Origin: an uncultured Clostridium sp.
GTDB taxonomy: Bacteria > Bacillota_I > Bacilli_A > RF39 > UBA660
DNA: 53,943 bases
Direction: 5' to 3'
NCBI GenBank assembly: GCA_964388545.1
Contig: CAYMAV010000005.1
Location: 298 to 54,240 of the forward strand
The notes under the pieces were generated by a model. The model did no database searches, was not told the DNA's origin, and saw only the letters and a program-made list of their open reading frames with translations. Shown here piece after piece: positions 45,479 to 53,943 of the stretch (positions are counted from its first letter, which is position 1; every line of letters starts with the position of its first letter). A program made the position numbers and the translations under genes.

Positions 45479-48421
45479 ATGCGCTTAAAAGAGATTACTT
45501 GTAGTGGATTTAAGTCGTTTGCTGATAAAACTACTATTGCATTAGATGATAAAGTAACCGCAATTGTTGGTCCTAATGGTAGTGGTAAGAGTAATGTAGT
45601 AGATGCAGTTAAGTGGGTAATTGGCGAACAATCGATTAAGAACCTTAGAGGAACTGATTCGATGACCGATGTTATTTTTGCTGGAAGCAAGTCAAGAAAA
45701 CCTTTAAATGTTGCAAGTGTATCTTTAACCTTTGATAATAGTGATAATTTTTTAGCTACTCCATATAATGAGGTAGCAATAAAAAGAAGGGTATATAGTA
45801 GTGGAGAAAGCGAATATTTTTTAAATAATGCTAAATGTCGTCTAAAAGATATTACGGATTTATTAATTGACAGCTTATCTAGCAGAGATTCTTTTAATAT
45901 TATTTCTCAAGGCGAGATATCTAAGATTATCTCTAATTCTAGTTATGATCGAAGATTAATCATCGAAAATGCAGCCGGAGTTTTAAAGTATAAAAAAAGA
46001 AAAGAAGAAGCAATTAGAAAGTTAGAAAGAACAGAGTCTAATATTGAAAGAGTATTAGATATTATAAGTGAACTTGAGTTACAGCTTGATCCCTTGAAAG
46101 AAGAAAGAGATAAGGCTAAAGAATATCTTGAGGTTAAGAAAAAATTAGAAAATATTGAAGTAGCTCTTTTATCAAGAGAAATTGAAAGCATTTCTTATGA
46201 GATAAAAGAATTAACTAAGAAAAGTGAAGATATAAATAATAAGCTATTGAAAATAAATATAAAGTTATCAAATAATGATTCATCGATAATAAAGAAAAAG
46301 GATGAACTTTTTAAGATTAAAGAAGAGATAAAGAATGCAAGTAATAAATTAATTGAACTTATAAAATATGAAGAGCAGTTGGATAAAGAAAAAACTTTAT
46401 TACAAGAAAGATCAAAATATGATTCTAAGGACATAAAGGTTTACAATAATATTTCTAATTTAAAAGAGGATGAATTAAAGTATAGTAACCAGATAGAATT
46501 AATTAATAAAGATATTGAGAATCTAGAAAATAGCTTAGTAGAAATTAATAAGGAAATAAGCGAAATAGAAATAGATTTAAATAAAGAAAAGGATAAAAAG
46601 AATAGTGTATTAACAGAATTTAACTCTAAACAGAGAATTTTTTATGATTTAGAAAGTAAAATTGAAATAACTAAGGATAATATCGATAATAATGTTGGAG
46701 TGCCTTCCTCGGTTAAGAGTATTTTAAATAATCCAAGATTAGATATATACGGAACAATTTCTTCGTTAATAGAATGCGAAGATAAATATTTAAAAGCCTT
46801 AGAGGTATCATTATTAAGTAGTAAAAATTATATTGTTGTTGATTCTTCTGAAAAAGCCAAAATATGTATTAATTATTTAAAAGATAATAAATTAGGAAGA
46901 GCAACTTTTTTTCCGCTTGATGTAATAAAACCTCGTTATGTTGATTTTGATACAATTGATGAGGTAAAGAAGGTAACTGGATATATTGGAGTTTTATCAG
47001 ATTTAATTAGATATGATAATAAATATTCTTCAGTTATAAGAAATCAAGTTGGAAATATAATTGTGGTAGATGACTTTGAAACGGCTAAAAGAATAGGTAA
47101 TATAATTAATAATCGCTACCGAATCGTTAGCTTAGAAGGTGATGTTATCCATACTGGCGGAAGTATTACTGGTGGTAGTGTTGAGGTTGGTAAAAGTAGT
47201 ATTTCATTAAAGAATGACTTGTTAGATTTAGATAGAAGATATACTGAGATAAAAAAAGAATTAAAAAATTATACAAATAGTATTAATCTATATCAAACTA
47301 GTATTGAAAAAATAGAGAAAAAATATCTTGATACAAAAAATAAACTGTATGAGATATCGGAATTAATAAATATTAAAAAAGATGTTTTAAAAGAAATTAC
47401 TAAAACTAAAGATGAAATTACATTAGAATTAGAAACTCTTGATAATGTTGCAATTGCTAACATTTCTAAACAAGAAGAAAATCTTATGAAAGAATATTAT
47501 TCGATAAATTTAGAAAAGGAATCTTTAATAAAGGAAACTTCAATATTAGAAAGAAATAGAGATACTTTGGAACAGAGTATAGATGAAGAAGAAGGAAATT
47601 CAAGATTAAACAATTCGGAGATTAACAAGCTAAATAAGGAGTTAAAAGATATTGAAATTACTCTTAATAAAAATAATATGAAATTAGATAATTATTTGAA
47701 TATATTAAGTGAGGACTATTCTTTAACTTATGAAAGAGCCAAAGAAAATTATTTTCTTGAAATAACGCTTGAAGAAGCAAGAAAAGAAGTCTCTAAATAT
47801 AAAAATATTATAAAAGATATTGGAATGGTTAACATTTCTTCAATAAAGATGTATGATAGTATAAATGAAAGATATCAGTTTTTAAGTAGTGAAAGAAACG
47901 ATTTAATTGGTGCTAAAGACACTCTTTTAGAGATTATATCCGAGATGGACGCAGTAATGGTAAAAGAGTTTAAAGATACTTTTGATGAGTTAAGAGTAGA
48001 GTTTCAAAAGGTATTTAGAGAGTTATTTAAAGGTGGTGAAGCTGATTTAGTTTTAACAAATGAGGATAATCTGTTAGAAACAGGAGTTGATATATTAGCA
48101 TGTCCGCCAGGAAAGACTTTAAAGAAAATATCGCTACTGTCTGGTGGTGAAATGACTTTAACTGCGATAAGTTTAATATTCGCAATATTAAATATAAGAA
48201 AAGTGCCATTTTGTATCTTTGATGAGATAGAAGCGGCATTAGATGAAGCAAATGTTTGTCATTTTGGTAATTATTTAGAAAATTATAAAGATAAGACTCA
48301 ATTTTTAATAATTACTCATAAAAAGAAAACAATGGAATATGCAGATACTCTTTATGGAATAACCATGCAAGAAAGTGGAGTATCTAAATTAGTTAGTGTT
48401 AAATTAACAAATATAAAATAG
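45479..48421 (+). CDS. smc: Chromosome partition protein SMC (short, 980 aa)
   Basis: N-terminus 'GFKSFADKTTIALDDKVTAIVGPNGSGKSNVVDAVKWV', long coiled coils and a hinge ('GYIGVLSDLI...VVDDFETA'). C-terminus 'LSGGEMTLTAISLIFAIL...FCIFDEIEAALDEAN'. Confidence 0.9.
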   Translation: MRLKEITCSGFKSFADKTTIALDDKVTAIVGPNGSGKSNVVDAVKWVIGEQSIKNLRGTDSMTDVIFAGSKSRKPLNVASVSLTFDNSDNFLATPYNEVAIKRRVYSSGESEYFLNNAKCRLKDITDLLIDSLSSRDSFNIISQGEISKIISNSSYDRRLIIENAAGVLKYKKRKEEAIRKLERTESNIERVLDIISELELQLDPLKEERDKAKEYLEVKKKLENIEVALLSREIESISYEIKELTKKSEDINNKLLKINIKLSNNDSSIIKKKDELFKIKEEIKNASNKLIELIKYEEQLDKEKTLLQERSKYDSKDIKVYNNISNLKEDELKYSNQIELINKDIENLENSLVEINKEISEIEIDLNKEKDKKNSVLTEFNSKQRIFYDLESKIEITKDNIDNNVGVPSSVKSILNNPRLDIYGTISSLIECEDKYLKALEVSLLSSKNYIVVDSSEKAKICINYLKDNKLGRATFFPLDVIKPRYVDFDTIDEVKKVTGYIGVLSDLIRYDNKYSSVIRNQVGNIIVVDDFETAKRIGNIINNRYRIVSLEGDVIHTGGSITGGSVEVGKSSISLKNDLLDLDRRYTEIKKELKNYTNSINLYQTSIEKIEKKYLDTKNKLYEISELINIKKDVLKEITKTKDEITLELETLDNVAIANISKQEENLMKEYYSINLEKESLIKETSILERNRDTLEQSIDEEEGNSRLNNSEINKLNKELKDIEITLNKNNMKLDNYLNILSEDYSLTYERAKENYFLEITLEEARKEVSKYKNIIKDIGMVNISSIKMYDSINERYQFLSSERNDLIGAKDTLLEIISEMDAVMVKEFKDTFDELRVEFQKVFRELFKGGEADLVLTNEDNLLETGVDILACPPGKTLKKISLLSGGEMTLTAISLIFAILNIRKVPFCIFDEIEAALDEANVCHFGNYLENYKDKTQFLIITHKKKTMEYADTLYGITMQESGVSKLVSVKLTNIK

Positions 48422-48429
48422 GAGGATTT

Positions 48430-49296
48430 ATGAAAAAAATATTATATGGATTTATTTTAACAATGATGTTATTTGGGGGAATGTTGAATGTAAAAGCTGA
48501 TGTGTTGTTAGGAGACTTGAAATGTGGAGACTCTGAATATTCTGTAAAGATTAAAAATGGGCAAACTGTAGAATGTACTTTATTTGCTGGTGAAAGTTCT
48601 GGTAATTTGTTATTATTTAACGATGCAACTGTTAAGATAGTTGGATTTCAAGATGAAGTTGGTACTAAATATATTGATTTAACTTATCGTTTTGAACCAA
48701 ATAGCGCTTTGACTAAAGTTTCAGAAAATAATGGTACTTATACATTAAAAAATGAAAATAATAAGGTAAAAGATGGAAATATTGGAAAATTTTATTTAAC
48801 ATTTAATAATGCTGAAAAGATCAAACACGGTGTTAATTTTAGTGTTATAGTTAAATTAAATGGAGAAGATTATTCAATGGATATATCTAGAGATTTTTAT
48901 AATGAGGATAATGTTTATGAAATTTATTCAGAAGGTTATAACAATGATACTAGCTTACATAATATAATAATCGAAAATTATAATATTGATTTTAATAAGG
49001 ATAAGAAGGAATATAATTTAAATATAAATAAAGAAGATAAATTAGATATTGTTTGTAGTACAAATGATTCTAAAGCAAAATATGAAATAAAAGGAAATGA
49101 AAATTTAAAAGATGGCAGTAAAATAGAAATAATTGTAACGGCAACAAATGGTGCGACAGATACTTATGTAATTAATATTAAAAAAGAGGAGAGTTTGGAT
49201 ACATCTACTATCGCAATAATTGGATTAAGCGCAGTTGTTGTAATTTTACTTTCTTATGTTATCTATATAAATTTAAATAAAAAGAAAGTTTATTAA
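48430..49296 (+). CDS. Surface protein: signal peptide, N-terminal beta-rich domain, cadherin-like beta-sandwich, C-terminal TM anchor
   Basis: Signal peptide 'MLNVKA|DV'. Cadherin-like module 'LHNIIIENYNIDFNKDKKEYNLNI...IEIIVTATNGATDTYVINIKK'. TM helix 'IAIIGLSAVVVILLSYVIYI' followed by 'NKKKVY'. Same layout as the 41174 ORF. Confidence 0.6.
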   Translation: MKKILYGFILTMMLFGGMLNVKADVLLGDLKCGDSEYSVKIKNGQTVECTLFAGESSGNLLLFNDATVKIVGFQDEVGTKYIDLTYRFEPNSALTKVSENNGTYTLKNENNKVKDGNIGKFYLTFNNAEKIKHGVNFSVIVKLNGEDYSMDISRDFYNEDNVYEIYSEGYNNDTSLHNIIIENYNIDFNKDKKEYNLNINKEDKLDIVCSTNDSKAKYEIKGNENLKDGSKIEIIVTATNGATDTYVINIKKEESLDTSTIAIIGLSAVVVILLSYVIYINLNKKKVY

Positions 49297-49311
49297 TTAG
49301 GAAGGAATATT

Positions 49312-51213
49312 ATGCTAAAGTATTTAATCATATTTTTAAGTTTATTATATATAGATTTTGTTTTTGTAACCTTAACATATGGTGGGATTGATCTTTATTC
49401 GTTTATAAATATCTTTCTTTTTAATATGATTAATTCTTGTATAATATTCTTTTTAACCTCTCTTTTTAAAGATAAAGTTAATTCGTTTTTTAAATACTTT
49501 ATCTATACATTTTTAGCTTTTTGGTATTGTACATACTTTCTTTTTAATATGGTCTTTAAAACACCTTTTTCAATATCGCTTATAAGACAAAGTGATCAAA
49601 TAGCAGGTTTTGCTGGTAATACTATTAATGTAATAATTAATAATTTACATATAGAATTGTTGTTCTTCTTACCATTGATATTATTAATAATTTTTAGAAA
49701 AAAGGTAAAAGAAATAATTGTAACTAAAAAAGATAAGATTATCATAGGAATAGCTTTTCCAATTTTAATAATTGCTTATTTTATAAATCCTTATTTACAA
49801 AAAAGAGGAACCGGTTTAACTTATAACTTGCTTTTTGAAGACAATAATACTTCTCTTAACATAAAAACCTTAGGAGTTATGAGTAGTACTTTTCTAGATA
49901 TTTATCGAGGCCTTTTTGGGTTTGAGGAAAAAATTAAAATAATAATCCCAGAAACACCTGAGGAACCAGAAATACCAGAAGAGCCAGAGGCTCCTGTATA
50001 CGAATATAATAACTTAGAATATACTTTCCCAGGAAGTGATCAAATAAGCTCATTTATGAGGGCGGAAACTGGAACTTTAAAAAATGAATACACTGGAATG
50101 TTTAAGGGAAAAAATCTAATTTATATAGTTGCCGAAAGTTTTAGTGAAATAGCAGTTGATGAAAAATTAACTCCTACCTTGTATAAATTAGTTAATGAAG
50201 GTTTTTACTTTAAAAGATTTTATACATCTAATAATTTAAGTACAATAGGTGGAGAGTTTCAGGCATTAACCGGTTTATATGCAGATAATGATTTACTTAC
50301 TAGGTGGAGATCTGGAACTAATTATTTTCCATATGGATTAGCAAATATTTTTAGAAAAGAAGGATATAATACCTTTGCCTATCATAATCATAATGCCTAT
50401 TTTCAGGATCGTCATAAATATTTAAAAAGCCAAGGATTTACTAATTTTAAAGCATGTAATATGGGGCTTAATCGTTTGATGAATTGTAATTGGTGGCCAA
50501 ATAGCGATGTTGATATGATCGATGTAACAGTTGGAGAATATGTAAATAGCGATAAGCCTTTTATGACTTATTATGTTACGGTTTCAGGGCATTTTAATTA
50601 TACAAGAAATGGTAATAGGATCGTTTCAAAAAATTGGAATTTAGTTAAGGATCTACCATATCCAGAACGAGCTAGAGGTTACTTAGCAACTCAAATGGAA
50701 CTTGATAAAGCATTGGAATTATTATTAAAAAAACTTGAAGAAGCAGGTAAATTAGATGATACGGTAATTGTTTTATTAGCAGATCACTATCCATATGATT
50801 TAAGTTATGCGGAGATTAATTCGCTTTCTGATTATGAAAGGGATCCGATGATAGAAGTAAATAGTAATAATTTGATAATTTATAATAGTGCAATGACACC
50901 AACGACAATTGAAAAAGTTGGGATGAGTATCGATGTTATACCTACGGTTTATAATTTATTTGATATTTCGTTCGACTCGAGATTGATTATGGGAAAGGAT
51001 ATTTTGAGCACAAGTGAAGGGCTAGCTATTTTTAAAGATCGAAGTTGGGTTAGTGATAAGGGAGTTTATATAGCGGCACAGAAGAAATTCATTTTAAAAG
51101 AAGGCGAAGAAGTTGATGTAAACTATGTAGATAGGATAAACAAAATAGTTTCTAACAGGATTTCAATTAGTAAAAATATCATATTAAAAAACTATTATAT
51201 TAACTTTAAATAA
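49312..51213 (+). CDS. LTA-synthase/sulfatase-family membrane enzyme (LtaS-like phosphoglycerol transferase)
   Basis: Polytopic N-terminal domain, a 'PETPEEPEIPEEPEAP' linker, then a sulfatase fold ('NLIYIVAESFSE...LTPTLYKL...FKRFYT...GGEFQALTGLY...YHNH...DRHKY...VSGHFNY...LADHYPY'). Confidence 0.8.
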   Translation: MLKYLIIFLSLLYIDFVFVTLTYGGIDLYSFINIFLFNMINSCIIFFLTSLFKDKVNSFFKYFIYTFLAFWYCTYFLFNMVFKTPFSISLIRQSDQIAGFAGNTINVIINNLHIELLFFLPLILLIIFRKKVKEIIVTKKDKIIIGIAFPILIIAYFINPYLQKRGTGLTYNLLFEDNNTSLNIKTLGVMSSTFLDIYRGLFGFEEKIKIIIPETPEEPEIPEEPEAPVYEYNNLEYTFPGSDQISSFMRAETGTLKNEYTGMFKGKNLIYIVAESFSEIAVDEKLTPTLYKLVNEGFYFKRFYTSNNLSTIGGEFQALTGLYADNDLLTRWRSGTNYFPYGLANIFRKEGYNTFAYHNHNAYFQDRHKYLKSQGFTNFKACNMGLNRLMNCNWWPNSDVDMIDVTVGEYVNSDKPFMTYYVTVSGHFNYTRNGNRIVSKNWNLVKDLPYPERARGYLATQMELDKALELLLKKLEEAGKLDDTVIVLLADHYPYDLSYAEINSLSDYERDPMIEVNSNNLIIYNSAMTPTTIEKVGMSIDVIPTVYNLFDISFDSRLIMGKDILSTSEGLAIFKDRSWVSDKGVYIAAQKKFILKEGEEVDVNYVDRINKIVSNRISISKNIILKNYYINFK

Positions 51214-51298
51214 AAGCTACTTATTGTAAAATAGGGTGTATAGTTGTTGATTTTAAAAAAAATATATGCTAATCTTTTATTATAGAAAGGAGTACAAT

Positions 51299-51922
51299 AT
51301 GAAAAAGGAAAAAGGTTTTACATTAATTGAATTACTTGCAGTTATTATTATTCTAGGAGTATTAATGACAGTTGCAGTAGTTGGAGTAACAAGATATATT
51401 AACGATTCAAGAAGAAGTACTTATGCTACTTCAGCAGGAACATATGTAAATGATGTTATGAATGCGGTTAATGGGCAAAGAATTTATGCTAGTCAAGTTG
51501 GAACTTTATATCTTGTACCAGTAGGAACAGAAAGTGCAAAAACTTGTGTAGCATTAGAAAAGGGTGGTGTATCACCATTTAGTAAAACTTGGTCTTATGC
51601 ATATGTTGGAGTTAAATACGACGGACATTCAAATAAATATTTTTATGTAAGTCTTGATGGTGCTAACCATGCTATTAACTTTACAACAAATGAGATTTTA
51701 TTAGATCAAGGTGGAAAATTAATTGCTACAGGTGCCGATGTTACTACAGTTGATGAATTACAACCTAACTATGGTTTAACAAGTAGTAGAAGTTTCTTTG
51801 TAGGAACAGGAACGCCTCCAACAGGTATGACTAATGGTTCAGCTAATCTTAGAGCATTGGCAGGAGTTGCTGGAACTGATGTTACAATTGTAACATTTGT
51901 TGGAACAGACGCTTGTAATTAA
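51299..51922 (+). CDS. Prepilin-type N-terminal cleavage/methylation-domain protein (candidate major pilin/pseudopilin)
   Basis: RBS 'aaggag'. 'MKKEKG|FTLIELLAVIIILGVLMTVAVVG'. The globular part is rich in Gly, Thr, Val and Ala. Cysteines at 'AKTCVAL' and the C-terminal 'DACN'. The ORF-track start at 51266 lacks an RBS. Confidence 0.8.
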   Translation: MKKEKGFTLIELLAVIIILGVLMTVAVVGVTRYINDSRRSTYATSAGTYVNDVMNAVNGQRIYASQVGTLYLVPVGTESAKTCVALEKGGVSPFSKTWSYAYVGVKYDGHSNKYFYVSLDGANHAINFTTNEILLDQGGKLIATGADVTTVDELQPNYGLTSSRSFFVGTGTPPTGMTNGSANLRALAGVAGTDVTIVTFVGTDACN

Positions 51923-51943
51923 TAAGTTATTATTTAATTAAAT

Positions 51944-51972
51944 AAAAAAGGATATTATTAATCCTTTTTTTT
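51944..51972 (+). terminator. Strong rho-independent terminator after the pilin-like gene
   Basis: 'aaaaaaggat-attatta-atcctttttttt'. Confidence 0.8.
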
Positions 51973-52046
51973 GTGCTATACTTTATTTATGATGAATATA
52001 TTAGATATAATTTTATGATATATAAATGTTTTTAACAGGAGGGCAT

Positions 52047-52994
52047 ATGAAGAAAAAAGTAGTAGTTCTTGGCGGTGGGACTGGGATGAGTTCGCTATTA
52101 AAAGGACTAAAAGAGTTTCCAATGGAAATTACAGCAATTGTTAGTGTTTGTGATGATGGTAAAAATACCGGTAGATTAAGAGAAGAATTCCATGTTCCAG
52201 CAATGGGAGATATTAGAAAGGTATTAATTTCTTTATCGGAGACGGAACCATTAGTTCAAGATTTATTAAAATATCGATTTAAAACAACAAGTGATTTAGA
52301 TGGTCATTCGGTAGGAAATCTTATGTTAACTGCTTTAATTAATATTAGCGGTAACATGTCAACTGCGGTTGAGGCCTTAGGTAAGGTTTTAAATTTAAAA
52401 GGTAAGATATTGCCATTGACAGAAGAAGAAGTTACTTTAGTTGCTAAAATGGAAGATGGTAGTGTTATTGAAGGTGAACATAACATTACAGAATATAAGG
52501 GTAAAATAAAAGAAGTTTATTATAAGGAAGAGCCAAAATTAAATGATTTAGTAGAAGATGAAATAGAAGATGCTGATGCGATAATCCTTAGTATGGGTAG
52601 TATTTATACAAGTATTATTCCAAATCTATTGTGTCCTAAAACGATTGAATTATTAGATAAGAGTAAAGCTCCAATAATATATACATGTAATCTAATGACT
52701 CAACCAGGAGAAACCGACGGATTGAAAGTTAGCGAACATATTAAAATCATCAATAATTATTTAGGTAAGAGAAAAATAGATGTAGTAATTGCAAACGATG
52801 GGAAAATAGCCGAAGATATGCGAAAAAAATATGAAACATTAGAGCAGAAGGATCCGGTTTTATTAGATAAAGAAAAGATAAAAAATATAAAGATAATATC
52901 AAATGATTATGTTATTATTGATGATGAAGGTTATTTACGACATGATGCATTCTTTTTATCTTTAGATATTTATAAATTTTTACTAGGAAAGTAG
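52047..52994 (+). CDS. yvcK: YvcK/CofD-like gluconeogenesis/cell-shape factor (UPF0052)
   Basis: 'VVVLGGGTGMSSLLKGLK...ITAIVSVCDDGKNTGRLREEF..PAMGDIRKVL' and 'SMGSIYTSIIPNLL'. ATG 52047 has RBS 'aggaggg'. Confidence 0.85.
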   Translation: MKKKVVVLGGGTGMSSLLKGLKEFPMEITAIVSVCDDGKNTGRLREEFHVPAMGDIRKVLISLSETEPLVQDLLKYRFKTTSDLDGHSVGNLMLTALINISGNMSTAVEALGKVLNLKGKILPLTEEEVTLVAKMEDGSVIEGEHNITEYKGKIKEVYYKEEPKLNDLVEDEIEDADAIILSMGSIYTSIIPNLLCPKTIELLDKSKAPIIYTCNLMTQPGETDGLKVSEHIKIINNYLGKRKIDVVIANDGKIAEDMRKKYETLEQKDPVLLDKEKIKNIKIISNDYVIIDDEGYLRHDAFFLSLDIYKFLLGK

Positions 52995-53000
52995 GTTTAT

Positions 53001-53441
53001 ATGTTTACAGGAATTTTGATTTTAATTTGGTTACTAAAGTTTTATGATAATCTTAGCGATGGAAAAAAAGAAATAGTTAATTATATAATTGTTGGTGGAT
53101 TAACAACCGTTGTTAGTTTGCTTTCTTATTATTTATTTAGGTTATTTATTACTGATTATATGGTATGTACAGTTCTTTCTTGGGTTTGTGCAGTTTTATT
53201 TGCCTATATAACTAATAGACTTTTCGTATTTAAAAGTAGTAATAAAGTATCAGGAGAGTTGGTAAGTTTTGTTGGTAGTAGAATCCTATCTTTGTTGTCT
53301 GAGATGGCTACGATGTTTATTTTAGTAGATTTAATTAAAGTAAATGATAAAATTTCTAAAATATTAGTTCAATTCTTAGTTTTAGTGTTGAATTATATCT
53401 TTAGTAAAATATTTGTTTTTAAAAAGAAAAAGGTTAGTTAA
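53001..53441 (+). CDS. GtrA-family membrane protein
   Basis: 146 aa with four TM helices. 'YIIVGGLTTVVSLLSYYLF' and 'NRLFVFKS' are typical of GtrA-like proteins. Confidence 0.7.
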   Translation: MFTGILILIWLLKFYDNLSDGKKEIVNYIIVGGLTTVVSLLSYYLFRLFITDYMVCTVLSWVCAVLFAYITNRLFVFKSSNKVSGELVSFVGSRILSLLSEMATMFILVDLIKVNDKISKILVQFLVLVLNYIFSKIFVFKKKKVS

Positions 53442-53471
53442 TTACTAATTTTTTTTATTTGATTTATCATA

Positions 53472-53487
53472 TAGACAAAATTGTCTA
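53472..53487. promoter_or_regulatory. Perfect 7-2-7 inverted repeat TAGACAA-AA-TTGTCTA upstream of the ppdK promoter (candidate operator)
   Basis: Read directly from the sequence. The 2-nt spacer makes an RNA hairpin unlikely. It lies 17 nt upstream of the -35. Confidence 0.3.
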
Positions 53488-53503
53488 AAAAGAGCTAAAT
53501 AAT

Positions 53504-53533
53504 TTGCATTTATCGACCTAAATTGGTTATAAT
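53504..53533 (+). promoter_or_regulatory. SigA-type promoter of ppdK
   Basis: TTGCAT (53504-53509), an 18-nt spacer, then TATAAT (53528-53533). Confidence 0.55.
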
Positions 53534-53562
53534 AAATGAGTAGAAAGGAAGAGATTAATTAT

Positions 53563-53943
53563 ATGAAATATGTTTATAACTTCAAAGAAGGAAACAAAAG
53601 TATGAGAAATACGCTTGGTGGTAAGGGTGCTAACCTAGCAGAGATGATTTCAATTGGACTTCCAGTACCAAGAGGATTCACTGTTACAACTGATGCGTGT
53701 AATAAGTATTATGAAGATGGAAAAAAGATTTCATCAGAAATTGAAAAAGAGATTAAGGAAAATCTTACAAAGTTAGAAAAAGATACAGGTAAGACTTTGG
53801 GAGATCCTCATAATCCACTATTAGTTTCAGTAAGAAGTGGTGCGAGAGCATCAATGCCTGGAATGATGGATACTGTTTTAAATCTTGGATTAAATGATGA
53901 GGTAGTAGAAGGACTTATTAAATTAACTAATAATCCTCGATTT
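53563..53943 (+). CDS. ppdK: Pyruvate, phosphate dikinase (5' part; runs off the window)
   Basis: '[46 protein letters not shown]...[27 protein letters not shown]' is the canonical PPDK N-terminus. This gene is not in the ORF track because it has no stop in the window. Confidence 0.9.
   Translation, partial: MKYVYNFKEGNKSMRNTLGGKGANLAEMISIGLPVPRGFTVTTDACNKYYEDGKKISSEIEKEIKENLTKLEKDTGKTLGDPHNPLLVSVRSGARASMPGMMDTVLNLGLNDEVVEGLIKLTNNPRF

Noticed and set aside
1-53943. CRISPR arrays, IS elements or transposases, retrons, toxin-antitoxin pairs and riboswitch- or T-box-sized leaders.
   Set aside because: I saw no regularly spaced direct repeats. No transposase, reverse transcriptase or Cas-like ORF is present. 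The longest non-coding stretch (33976-34197) is explained by gene remnants plus a terminator. All other gaps are under 150 nt and are occupied by promoters and terminators.
1-53943. Mollicutes genetic code (TGA read as Trp), considered because of the extreme AT content, the short SMC and the DUF285 repeats.
   Set aside because: Conserved Trp positions are encoded by TGG. Several well-defined genes end in TGA at ATGA overlaps, including tsaE, tsaB, the MOP flippase, the Y-family polymerase, pssA and the ctp-like S41 protease. Peptidoglycan genes are abundant. Code 11 fits throughout.

Overview
This is a very AT-rich, almost entirely plus-strand chromosomal segment from a low-GC, cell-walled Firmicute. 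It uses standard code 11: TGG encodes Trp and TGA is used as a stop. The short 980-aa SMC, the DUF285/BspA-type repeats and several 'GFTLIE' pilin-like genes hint at an Erysipelotrichia-like, Mollicutes-related lineage, but that is inference only.

The window opens on the 3' tip of a 23S rRNA, a 5S rRNA and the rRNA-operon terminator. It then runs through mostly housekeeping genes:
- The t6A operon tsaE-tsaB-(rimI::tsaD fusion).
- htrA, a YtgP/MurJ-like flippase and three FemAB-family paralogs.
- htpG preceded by a CIRCE operator, then recG, pcrA and a GH31 glycosidase.
- A LexA-box-controlled Y-family polymerase, a YolD-like gene and an Lsa-like ABC-F gene.
- An arginase-family gene, an HD-domain gene and tRNA-Arg(CCT).
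- A VanZ-RDD protein, a P-type ATPase, pssA-psd-esterase, frr and cdaA-cdaR.
- yvcK, gtrA and the 5' end of ppdK.

I saw no CRISPR array, transposase, integrase or transcription-factor gene.

The least ordinary content is a cell-envelope block at about 36.8-52 kb:
- An S41 protease gene is translationally coupled to a pilin-like gene.
- A secreted SH3/GH73-like/cadherin-like protein ends in a clear dockerin. It is followed 8 nt later by a membrane-anchored protein with a cohesin-like module.
- An LCP enzyme carries two C-terminal PASTA domains.
- ttcA and smc are embedded in the same tightly packed gene string.
- A second cadherin-like anchored protein, an LtaS-family enzyme and a stand-alone pilin-like monocistron complete the block.

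Other points worth a second look:
- An Abi_2 (AbiD/F-like) abortive-infection gene overlaps htrA.
- A chimeric, frameshifted pilin::DUF285 pseudogene lies at about 33.2-34.0 kb.

All functional calls come from reading motifs in the supplied translations. No database search was run.
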